A stretch of 64,000 nt of DNA from an uncultured Eubacteriales bacterium (GTDB taxonomy: Bacteria; Bacillota; Clostridia; Oscillospirales; Acutalibacteraceae): assembly GCA_964599835.1 (NCBI GenBank), contig CAZRHF010000001.1, positions 14,556 to 78,555 of the forward strand. The letters run 5' to 3'. A program made the translations under genes and the position numbers. Positions 55,145 to 63,268 of this stretch are shown piece by piece (the first letter of the stretch is position 1; every line of letters begins with the position of its first letter). A model generated the notes under the pieces. The model searched no databases, was not told the origin of the DNA, and worked only from the letters and a program-made list of their open reading frames with translations.

Positions 55145-55176
55145 GACAAAAAAACACCCGGCAGTACCGGGTGTTT
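55145..55176 (-). terminator. rho-independent terminator after clpC
   Basis: Stem ACACCCGG/CCGGGTGT (55154-55161 / 55167-55174), followed on the minus strand by TTTTTTTGTCG. Confidence 0.8.
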
Positions 55177-55180
55177 TGTA

Positions 55181-57625
55181 TTACATTTTTTCTGTAATAT
55201 AAGTGCCGTCTTTATACAGGAACCTGATCCTGTCTCCTTTTTTGATCTCACCTTCAAGAAGCTTCTCGCTCAAGGTGTCCTCGACATTGCTTTGGATAGC
55301 GCGTCTGAGGGGACGTGCACCGTATATCGGATCAAAGCCTACCTCGGCCGCCTGAACAGCTACAGAGTTGTCAAATTCCACCTCAATACCGAGGTCGTAA
55401 ATGCGCTTGGAAAGTCCGCGGAGCATATTCTCAGCGATCTTCAGTATCTCTTCCTTGGAAAGCTTATGAAAAACGATAATGTCGTCAAGACGGTTCAGAA
55501 ACTCAGGGCGGAATTCCTTTTTAAGCTCTGCCGTAACCAGCTCTTTTATCTGCTTTTCGTCTTTTTCGGTATCGTCGGTACCGCCGAAGCCTAAAGAGGT
55601 CTTCTTTTCGGTTATAAGGCGAGCGCCGATATTAGAGGTCATAATAATTACGGTATTCTTAAAGTTGACGTTACGGCCCTGAGAATCGGTTAAGATTCCA
55701 TCATCCAGGATCTGAAGGAGCATATTGAATACGTCAGGGTGAGCCTTCTCTATCTCATCGAACAGAACTACCGAATAGGGATTTCTTCTGACCTTTTCGG
55801 TGAGTTGTCCTCCCTCCTCAAATCCGACGTAACCGGGAGGCGAACCGATAAGCTTCGAAACGGTATGCTTTTCCATATATTCTGACATATCGAGGCGTAT
55901 CATCGCGTTTTCGCTACCGAACATCGCTTCCGCCAAGGCTTTGCAAAGCTCGGTCTTACCGACACCTGTAGGTCCTAAGAATATAAACGAACCGATGGGG
56001 CGTTTGGGGTCTTTCAGTCCTACCCTTCCCCTTCTTATGGCTTTGGAAACGGCGGTAACGGCTTCCTCCTGACCGATAAGTCTTGCGTGAAGCACATCCT
56101 CCATTTTAAGAAGACGCTCGCTTTCCTCCTTTGTAAGCTGAGACACGGGAACACCGGTCCATCCCGATACGATATCGGCTATCTCGTCAGGTGTTACCGA
56201 ACCTACTGCGACGGAAGATGCGATCTTCTTTTCGTCGGAAAGCTTTTTAAGCTCGTCGGAAAGTTTTTTCTCTTCGTCCCTCAGCTTTGCGGCAGTTTCA
56301 AAATCCTGTGCTTTGATGGCAGTATCCTTTTCATCTCCTGCTTTTTTCAGTTTTTCCTCAAGTTCCTTTACTTCAGGAGAAACTTTAGCAGTACGTATTC
56401 GAATGCGGGAGCCTGCTTCATCTATGAGATCGATGGCCTTATCGGGAAGGTAACGATCGGTGATATAGCGTGAAGAAAGGGTTACGGCGGCCTCTATTGC
56501 TTCATCGGTAATAACCACGTTATGATGCGCCTCGTATTTATCTTTAATTCCCTTAAGAATAAGAATAGCATCGGAAACCGACGGTTCATCTACCGTGACG
56601 GGCTGGAATCTGCGCTCTAATGCGGCATCTTTTTCGATGTTTTTACGATATTCGGAAATGGTTGTAGCCCCAATTACCTGTAGATCACCGCGAGCAAGTG
56701 CCGGTTTTAATATATTTGCAGCATCGGTAGCGCCTTCAGCAGAGCCTGTGCCTATAAGGGTATGCACCTCGTCGATAAAAAGTATAACGTCTTCGTTTCC
56801 CGTAACCTCGTCTATTATCGCCTTGATACGTTCCTCGAAATCGCCTCGGTATTTAGTACCTGCGACCATTCCGGTAAGATCCAGCGAAATAATTCTTTTA
56901 CCGTTTAGTATATCAGGTGCCTCTCCCGATGCAATTTTAAGAGCAAGACCCTCGGCAATGGCGGTCTTACCAACGCCGGGTTCGCCGATTAGGCAGGGAT
57001 TATTCTTGGTTCTGCGGCAGAGTATCTGGACGACACGTTCTATCTCTTCACTTCTTCCGATAACGGGGTCTATCTTTCCTTCCTTAGCCTCTTTCGTCAG
57101 GTCGTGACCGAATTTTTCGAGATTAGGGGTCTTTTTATCCTTCGACGTATTGTCGTTTTTGTCCGAACTTCCGGCAGTTTCGCCCGATCCCGAGAGATTT
57201 ACCGTTTCTTCGGTAAGGGATGCTATGTCGACACCAAGCTCGTTTAAAAATCTTATGGCATAGTTATCGCCGTCGCTTAGTATGCCAACAAGGATATGCT
57301 CGGTTCCTACAAGGGATTTGTTATTCTTTTTGGCAAATTTCACTGCGGTTTCAAGTACTCTTTTGGCTCTCGGAGTGAAATAATCGGGAGAGAGATTTGA
57401 AGGATTTCCACTGCCTATGGTATCTTCGATCAGTTCCTCAATGCTATCGGCGCTCACTCCCCTTTTATTCAGCACGGTCGCGGCAACACCGCTACCGACC
57501 TTTAAAAGTCCAAGTAGAAGATGTTCGCTTCCGACGTAGGTATGACCGAAGTATTCTGCCGAACTGACTGCAAAATTCAAAGCTTCATTCGCTTTTGCCG
57601 TAAATGAATTGAAAGAGTATTTCAT
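55181..57625 (-). CDS. clpC: ATP-dependent Clp protease ATP-binding subunit ClpC
   Basis: Two Clp_N repeats. AAA-1 GEPGVGKTA. UVR-like linker (FETAAKLRDEEKKL). AAA-2 GPTGVGKTE. 814 aa. Last gene of the ctsR operon. Confidence 0.95.
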   Translation of the reverse strand: MKYSFNSFTAKANEALNFAVSSAEYFGHTYVGSEHLLLGLLKVGSGVAATVLNKRGVSADSIEELIEDTIGSGNPSNLSPDYFTPRAKRVLETAVKFAKKNNKSLVGTEHILVGILSDGDNYAIRFLNELGVDIASLTEETVNLSGSGETAGSSDKNDNTSKDKKTPNLEKFGHDLTKEAKEGKIDPVIGRSEEIERVVQILCRRTKNNPCLIGEPGVGKTAIAEGLALKIASGEAPDILNGKRIISLDLTGMVAGTKYRGDFEERIKAIIDEVTGNEDVILFIDEVHTLIGTGSAEGATDAANILKPALARGDLQVIGATTISEYRKNIEKDAALERRFQPVTVDEPSVSDAILILKGIKDKYEAHHNVVITDEAIEAAVTLSSRYITDRYLPDKAIDLIDEAGSRIRIRTAKVSPEVKELEEKLKKAGDEKDTAIKAQDFETAAKLRDEEKKLSDELKKLSDEKKIASSVAVGSVTPDEIADIVSGWTGVPVSQLTKEESERLLKMEDVLHARLIGQEEAVTAVSKAIRRGRVGLKDPKRPIGSFIFLGPTGVGKTELCKALAEAMFGSENAMIRLDMSEYMEKHTVSKLIGSPPGYVGFEEGGQLTEKVRRNPYSVVLFDEIEKAHPDVFNMLLQILDDGILTDSQGRNVNFKNTVIIMTSNIGARLITEKKTSLGFGGTDDTEKDEKQIKELVTAELKKEFRPEFLNRLDDIIVFHKLSKEEILKIAENMLRGLSKRIYDLGIEVEFDNSVAVQAAEVGFDPIYGARPLRRAIQSNVEDTLSEKLLEGEIKKGDRIRFLYKDGTYITEKM

Positions 57626-57633
57626 TATTTACC

Positions 57634-58644
57634 TCACATTAGTATCTCCCGTATCATACGGGCTCTTGTCTCGTCCCTTTCGGCCGGACCGACAAGAGAG
57701 TATTTTTTAGAAATAGTCGCGGGCTGAGCCTCAATAAGAAGCTCTATCGGACGAAGGGCCGACTCCTCCATTATTCCCTCGTCTACTCCGAGTTTAATCA
57801 TAGAAATAAGCTTCATAAGCTCGTCGCAGGACATAAGTCTTGCATATTTGAGGGTTCCGAAGGCACGGTATACCGCATCCTCAAGATCAAGCTGGGCTAT
57901 CTGACTGCGGCTTTGCTTCTCACGATCAACTATCTGATCCGCAATAGCCTTAAGATTCTCTATTGCATTCTTCTCGCTTATTCCAAGGGTTATCTGATTT
58001 GAGATCTGATATAAGCTTGCAGAAGCCTTGCTTCCCTCTCCGTACATTCCGCGCACCGTGAGGCCGATCTTTCCGGCAGCATCGGAAATGGTATTTATAT
58101 CGCCTTTGTTTTCGCTCACGGGAAGATGAAGCATAACCGACGCTCTCAGTCCTGTGCCTATATTCGTAGGACATTCAGTAAGATAGCCGAGTCTTCCATC
58201 GTAGGCAAAATCCAGTTTTTCATTCATAAGAGTATCTATCTCATCTGCAACTCTGTAAGCCTCATCTACCGAGTCACCCGGCAGTAAGACCTGGATACGG
58301 ATGTGATCTTCTTCGCCGATCATTACGCATATTCTCTCGTCGTCAGATATTGCTACCGCCCTGCCGCCGCAGTTTTTAGCGAAATCGGGGCTGATTATAT
58401 GGCGTTCAACCATTGCGGAAACCTCGGTTTCGGGAACAGAATCCATTTCGATATATTTAAGTTTATATTTGCCTGCCGCAGATATGCCTTCAACCGCTGT
58501 TTTTATGCGCTTTTTAAGCACCGAAAGCATTTCTGCATTCATTCTCCGGGGAAAAGGCAGGTCCTTTAGATTACGCGCAAGGCGCACTCTGGAGCTTATT
58601 ATTACGCCTTTTTGCGCAATATCGTCTCTATACCAATAAGACAT
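57634..58644 (-). CDS. mcsB: protein arginine kinase
   Basis: ATP:guanido phosphotransferase core ISSRVRLARN..CPTNIGTGLRASVMLHLP. Confidence 0.9.
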   Translation of the reverse strand: MSYWYRDDIAQKGVIISSRVRLARNLKDLPFPRRMNAEMLSVLKKRIKTAVEGISAAGKYKLKYIEMDSVPETEVSAMVERHIISPDFAKNCGGRAVAISDDERICVMIGEEDHIRIQVLLPGDSVDEAYRVADEIDTLMNEKLDFAYDGRLGYLTECPTNIGTGLRASVMLHLPVSENKGDINTISDAAGKIGLTVRGMYGEGSKASASLYQISNQITLGISEKNAIENLKAIADQIVDREKQSRSQIAQLDLEDAVYRAFGTLKYARLMSCDELMKLISMIKLGVDEGIMEESALRPIELLIEAQPATISKKYSLVGPAERDETRARMIREILM

Positions 58645-59135
58645 TATTCTTTTCCCTCCAGTCTTTTGATCTCATCACGCACAAGGGCGGCTTCCTCGTA
58701 TTTTTCAGCCGCAACAAGAGCAGCAAGCTTCGTTTTAAGCTCCGCAACGGTATTAGGTTTTTTCTTGATTATCAGCTGATTGTTTCCGGGGCTTTTTCCG
58801 GCGTGCTGAACACTGCCGTGAAGTCTCTTAAGATAGGGTAAGAGTTCCTCGCCGAATTCGTTATAGCAGGAAGCACAGCCGACCTTGCCCGTTTCGGCAA
58901 TATCGGCAAAGGTAGCACCGCAACAGCCGCACCGCCTTCCGGTGACAGTCGAATCCGATTTTATGGATTGTCCGAGCATCGAAGCAAGTATTCCTGATAT
59001 GGAGCCTCCTACAAAACCGTTATACCCTGCCTTTGCCGCACAGTATCCGCAAAGATTAAGCTCGGTAATTTTTCCGTTTACGGCGGTTTTTATATGGGTA
59101 GTTGCAGTATTCTTTCCGCATTTTTCACATAACAT
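58644..59135 (-). CDS. mcsA: McsA (UvrB/C-motif zinc-finger activator of McsB)
   Basis: CEKCGK..CGYC and CGCCG..CASCY zinc motifs. C-terminal UVR motif KYEEAALVRDEIKRL. Confidence 0.85.
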   Translation of the reverse strand: MLCEKCGKNTATTHIKTAVNGKITELNLCGYCAAKAGYNGFVGGSISGILASMLGQSIKSDSTVTGRRCGCCGATFADIAETGKVGCASCYNEFGEELLPYLKRLHGSVQHAGKSPGNNQLIIKKKPNTVAELKTKLAALVAAEKYEEAALVRDEIKRLEGKE

Positions 59136-59147
59136 AAGGTTTACCTC

Positions 59148-59600
59148 CTAAATTTGGGTCAAAAGCATCTGTTTAAGGGTCGCCGCCCTTAGAAACTCTC
59201 TGTATTCCTGTGGGAGGCAGGACATTGACGAATTCGAGATTGCGGCAGACATCAGTTTAGCCGTCTCGGGCGAAATAAGCGAAGCCTGACTGCAATTTTC
59301 AATAATAATTCTTGCGTCTAAGGGGTCAAGAGAGCTTCCTATAGAGTTTATTATATGCATAATAGCCGAAGAACGATTCAGTTTAATGCGTGAAATACGG
59401 ATGTAACCGCCACCTCCCCGCCTGCTTTCGATTATATACCCCCGTTCGGGTGTAAAACGAGAGGATATCACGTAATTGATCTGACTTGGGGCACAACCGA
59501 AGATTCCGGCAAGCTCGTTTCTTTGGATCTCGGCCATATTTTCATCCGATTCATCTATAAGCTCTAATATTCGGGCCGCTATCAAATCGCTCATTCTCAT
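59148..59600 (-). CDS. ctsR: class III stress gene repressor CtsR
   Basis: MSDLIAARILELI..EIQRNELAGIFGCAPSQINYVISSRFT..GYIIESRRGGGGYIRI. Confidence 0.9.
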   Translation of the reverse strand: MRMSDLIAARILELIDESDENMAEIQRNELAGIFGCAPSQINYVISSRFTPERGYIIESRRGGGGYIRISRIKLNRSSAIMHIINSIGSSLDPLDARIIIENCSQASLISPETAKLMSAAISNSSMSCLPQEYREFLRAATLKQMLLTQI

Positions 59601-59620
59601 AAAATCACGCCTTTCGGTAA

Positions 59621-59638
59621 TTTGACTTTGCCTGACCT
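59621..59638 (-). promoter_or_regulatory. CtsR operator (heptad direct repeat) downstream of the ctsR -10 box
   Basis: The minus strand reads AGGTCAGG-CAA-AGTCAAA. The consensus is A/GGTCAAA-NAN-A/GGTCAAA. Confidence 0.7.
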
Positions 59639-59658
59639 TTAATTATATTATATACAAA

Positions 59659-59675
59659 AGTCAGGGAAAGTCAAT
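59659..59675 (+). promoter_or_regulatory. second CtsR-box-like repeat in opposite orientation, overlapping the ctsR -35 region
   Basis: The plus strand reads AGTCAGG-GAA-AGTCAAT. The minus-strand TTGACT (-35) lies within it, and TATAAT follows 16 nt downstream. Confidence 0.5.
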
Positions 59676-59774
59676 AGCCAAATTGTAAACAGTTTTTTAA
59701 CTGAATTTTTTGTGTCACACCGCTTGGTTTTTACATAGTATGTCTTGTAAACAATGAAAGGAGGGCACGAAAAT

Positions 59775-59918
59775 ATGTGCGGTTTCTCAAATAATTGTTC
59801 CTGGATCCTTATCATAATCCTCTTACTCATCTGCTGTGGAGGACAGGGCGGTCTCACCTCCAGCAATAACGGCGGCGGTTGCGGCTGTGGTTGCGACAAT
59901 AACTGCGGTTGTTGCTAA
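59775..59918 (+). CDS. 47-aa Cys/Gly-rich tiny membrane protein (YjcZ-like small sporulation protein?)
   Basis: Below the ORF-track size cutoff. AAAGGAGGG SD lies 9 nt before the ATG. The translation is MCGFSNNCSWILIIILLLICCGGQGGLTSSNNGGGCGCGCDNNCGCC, ending in a TAATAA double stop, then a strong hairpin. Confidence 0.6.
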   Translation: MCGFSNNCSWILIIILLLICCGGQGGLTSSNNGGGCGCGCDNNCGCC

Positions 59919-59928
59919 TAAAAGAAAA

Positions 59929-59951
59929 CCCGAGGACTTAAAGTCCTCGGG
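59929..59951. terminator. bidirectional terminator shared by the micro-ORF and ftsZ
   Basis: 10-bp stem CCCGAGGACT/AGTCCTCGGG with loop TAA. T-rich tracts follow on both strands. Confidence 0.8.
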
Positions 59952-59970
59952 TAAAATTTGTTTTGGGGAA

Positions 59971-61041
59971 TTATTTATTGAAGATGCTGAGAACGTCAAC
60001 ATAATCGCCGTCTTCAGTATCGTTTGCGGTGCCGGAAATAATAGACTCGATAGCGGGATTGCTTGCTTCCTTCTTCTTCTCATCGCCGAGACCAGTTGCA
60101 ACAACAATAACGCGGATGGTGTCTTCAAGGGTATCGTCGAGACGTGCACCCCAGATGATAGTTGCGTCAGGATGAGCTTTTTCGTGGATAATGTTGGAAG
60201 CGATCTCAACCTCTTCAAGTCCGATATCCTCAGAACCGGTGATGGAAACGATAACGCCGCGGGCATTTTCCATAGAGGTCTCGATGAGGGGGCTGGAGAT
60301 AGCGGCATTTGCAGCCTGCTCTGCCTTATCGCGACCGGTAGCAACACCAACGCCCATATGTGCGTAGCCTGCATCCTTCATAATGGTAGTAACGTCGGCA
60401 AAGTCAAGGTTAACGAGGGCGGTAACGTTGATGAGCTCGGAGATAGACTGAACGCCCTGATGGAGAACATCGTCGGCAATGTTGAAAGCATTTTTGAAGG
60501 TGATCTTCTCTTCGCTTACGAACTTAAGACGCTCGTTGGGGATGATAACAAGACTGTCTACCTGATCGGAAAGACGGGCAATACCCTCTTCAGCCTGAGT
60601 CATACGGCTCTTTCCTTCGAAAGCGAAAGGCTTGGTAACGATACCAACAGTAAGTATGCCAAGTTCTTTAGCGATCTGAGCAACTACGGGAGCAGCTCCG
60701 GTTCCGGTTCCGCCACCCATACCTGCGGTCAAGAATATCATATCGGCGTCACGGATAGCGGCGGCGATTTCATCCTTGGATTCTTCGGCGGCGGCACGTC
60801 CTTTTTCAGGGTTTGCACCTGCACCCTTGCCGGCGGTAGTCTTGTCACCGATTTGAATTTTGGTATTTGCCTTTGAGTTATATAAAGCAGCCTTATCGGT
60901 ATTGATTGCAACGAACTCAACGTTGCGGATGCCTGCGTCGACCATTCGGTTAACAGCGTTTCCACCGCCGCCGCCGACACCTACTACCTTAATAATCTGT
61001 GCTACTTCGTTTTCGAATTCGCTAGTCATACTGAATGCCAT
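59971..61041 (-). CDS. ftsZ: cell division GTPase FtsZ
   Basis: [36 protein letters not shown] (tubulin signature)..NLDFADV. Confidence 0.97.
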   Translation of the reverse strand: MAFSMTSEFENEVAQIIKVVGVGGGGGNAVNRMVDAGIRNVEFVAINTDKAALYNSKANTKIQIGDKTTAGKGAGANPEKGRAAAEESKDEIAAAIRDADMIFLTAGMGGGTGTGAAPVVAQIAKELGILTVGIVTKPFAFEGKSRMTQAEEGIARLSDQVDSLVIIPNERLKFVSEEKITFKNAFNIADDVLHQGVQSISELINVTALVNLDFADVTTIMKDAGYAHMGVGVATGRDKAEQAANAAISSPLIETSMENARGVIVSITGSEDIGLEEVEIASNIIHEKAHPDATIIWGARLDDTLEDTIRVIVVATGLGDEKKKEASNPAIESIISGTANDTEDGDYVDVLSIFNK

Positions 61042-61149
61042 TTTTTATTCCTCCACTATATTTAATCTTCCATAACAGCGCAATAACACTTATACAAATA
61101 GTATAATAACATACCTATTACAAAATTTCAACTAAAATTTATATAAAAT

Positions 61150-61953
61150 TTAATTTTCATATTCAGCTATAGATTGGGGCCTGAATCTGGGGGTATCATT
61201 CTCGGGAGTCCAGGTGCTGAGGTCAAAAACTCCGGTCACATCATTCGGTAACTTGGGAAGCCCGCTCGACAGATAAGCAAGCTTTTCTTCAAAATAGCTT
61301 ACCGAGCCGAACTTTACGATTATTCTGTCCTCAATCTTCACATAAGAATCGAATTGATCTGAAATATTCACAAAATTTACCGTAAACATATCTGACTCGA
61401 TCAGCTCGGTATATTCTTCGAAAAGTTCAGTTTCCCGCTCACTTTCAAAGGAAATCTTTTCGCCGGCCGTAAGTGAGGTGGATTTCGGAACTGTTACGGA
61501 AATAAGCTCTTCGGATACTGCGCCGTAATAACCCTTAAGCACCTTTCCCGAAAGGTCTGCCGAATAGTATTTGCTTCCGTTATAGATACAAAGCTCTTCC
61601 TTCGTTTCCTCAACGGTTATCTTAAGGGTCGACGGGAACTTTCGGGTAGTTTTGACCGAAGAAATAAAGGGAAGCTTCGACTGTAGAGAAGACGACACTT
61701 TTTCACCTGAAACCCGTATGAGATTATCGCCTGCTTCAACACCGCTTACCGAAATCACCTCTTCATCGCTATACGTGAGATTTCCGTCTATTTCTATCCT
61801 TTCGATTTTAAAAAGGACCGTCAGGGACAGAATGCAGAATACGGCAATCATCAGCATAACCACCGAGGTTACGACGATCGCCGCAGATTTCTTCTTTTTT
61901 TTATTTTTTTGCGGTACCGAGCCTTTATACTGTTCCTTTGTCAATTTTATCAT
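61150..61953 (-). CDS. ftsQ: cell division protein FtsQ/DivIB (POTRA domain)
   Basis: Lys-rich N-terminus, single TM helix, then FKIERIEIDGNLTYSDEEV (POTRA). Position between murA and ftsZ. Confidence 0.8.
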   Translation of the reverse strand: MIKLTKEQYKGSVPQKNKKKKKSAAIVVTSVVMLMIAVFCILSLTVLFKIERIEIDGNLTYSDEEVISVSGVEAGDNLIRVSGEKVSSSLQSKLPFISSVKTTRKFPSTLKITVEETKEELCIYNGSKYYSADLSGKVLKGYYGAVSEELISVTVPKSTSLTAGEKISFESERETELFEEYTELIESDMFTVNFVNISDQFDSYVKIEDRIIVKFGSVSYFEEKLAYLSSGLPKLPNDVTGVFDLSTWTPENDTPRFRPQSIAEYEN

Positions 61954-63203
61954 TCCTTTACGATTCGTGCGTTAAGTCCCGAGAGCACTTTCTCAATCGC
62001 CTCGTAGCCTCTTTCAATATGATGAATATCGGTAATTACGCTGTCACCTTCGGCCGCAAGTGCGGCTATGACCGCGGCAGCACCGCCTCTTAGATCGGTA
62101 CATTTAAGCTTTGTTCCGTAAAGAGAGGGGCGGCCTTCGATTATCGCAACCCGTCCGAAAACCTTTATATCGGCACCCAGACGTCTGAGCTCGCCTATAT
62201 AATTAAAACGGTTATCAAATATCGTCTCAACAAAAACCGATGTTCCCTCGGCCTTCGTAAGTGCCGCCACAAGAAGCGGGCCTGCATCGGTCGGAAAGCC
62301 CGGATAGACGGTTGAGCGCATCGTGCTTATTCTGTTCAGTCTCCTATCGGACTTTATCATTATTTCATTTTCACCTATATTTACGGTACAGCCAAGTTCA
62401 CGAAAGGCAGAGTTTACGGAAAGCATGTGAGCAGGCTCAACACCGGATATACAAAGCTCTCCGCCGGTCACTGCGGCCGCAGACATATAGGTAGCGGCGG
62501 CAATTCTGTCGGGTATAACTGTATGCTCAAGAGATTCGAGTCTATCAACCCCGATTATCTCAATTCTGTCGGTTCCTGCGCCGTATACCCTGCCGCCTGC
62601 TTTGTTAATATAAGCCGCCAGATCGGAGATCTCGGGCTCCTTCGCGGCGTTATTGATTATCACCCTGCCGCCTGAAACGCAGGAAGCCAAAATAATATTC
62701 TCGGTGGCTCCTACGCTGGGAAAATTAAGCGTAAGTTCTGAAAAGACCTTGGGTTTACATCTTTTACAGGTTATATAACCATCGTTCTCTTCGACCGAAT
62801 AGCCAAGTTCCTCTATCGCTTTAAGATGAAGATCAATAGGACGCGGACCCAGCTCGCAACCTCCCGGTGCAGTAATGGTTGCACATCCGTTGCGGGCAAG
62901 CATAGCACCCAAAAAAACTATGGAAGAACGCATCTCGTGCATAAGCGATTCCGACACGTTATTCCCTTCGGCAAAAAGAGCATCTACCGTGACGGTATTG
63001 TTCTCGAAACGGCATTTGCAACCAAGCGATGAAAGTATCTTAACGGCGGCACGAACGTCCGAAAGATCGGGACAGTTATGTAATACGGTCGTTCCCTTAA
63101 CGATAAGCGAGGCCGCAAGGATCGGTAGTGCGCTGTTTTTTGCGCCCTGTATCCTTAATTTTCCGAATACCGGTACGGAGCCGCGTATATATAGATTTGA
63201 CAT
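61950..63203 (-). CDS. murA: UDP-N-acetylglucosamine 1-carboxyvinyltransferase
   Basis: LRIQGAKNSALPILAASL..PGGCELGPRPIDLH (active-site Cys retained)..TDLRGGAA. Confidence 0.95.
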   Translation of the reverse strand: MSNLYIRGSVPVFGKLRIQGAKNSALPILAASLIVKGTTVLHNCPDLSDVRAAVKILSSLGCKCRFENNTVTVDALFAEGNNVSESLMHEMRSSIVFLGAMLARNGCATITAPGGCELGPRPIDLHLKAIEELGYSVEENDGYITCKRCKPKVFSELTLNFPSVGATENIILASCVSGGRVIINNAAKEPEISDLAAYINKAGGRVYGAGTDRIEIIGVDRLESLEHTVIPDRIAAATYMSAAAVTGGELCISGVEPAHMLSVNSAFRELGCTVNIGENEIMIKSDRRLNRISTMRSTVYPGFPTDAGPLLVAALTKAEGTSVFVETIFDNRFNYIGELRRLGADIKVFGRVAIIEGRPSLYGTKLKCTDLRGGAAAVIAALAAEGDSVITDIHHIERGYEAIEKVLSGLNARIVKE

Positions 63204-63268
63204 TCTAACACCCTTTCGTATGAAAAGAAAAAAGCGAACGCTTTACTATTTCATACTATGTAAGGGTA

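Noticed and set aside
59836-60876. 346-aa plus-strand ORF antisense to ftsZ, and the minus-strand ORFs 59648-59899 and 59823-60374.
   Set aside because: The ftsZ frame has unmistakable tubulin-signature motifs. The antisense ORF is low-complexity (G/V/N/D-rich) with no SD. The two minus-strand ORFs run through the ftsZ terminator, the GC-repeat of the micro-ORF and the ctsR promoter, and give Pro/Leu/Ser-rich nonsense. All are shadow ORFs.
63211-63266. Imperfect inverted repeat (CCCTTTCGTATGAAA ... TTTCATACTATGTAAGGG) between murG and murA, considered as a terminator or attenuator.
   Set aside because: The stem is interrupted and the inner AAGCG/CGCTT element is too short. murA has its own SD immediately after it. 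There is not enough evidence for a regulatory call.
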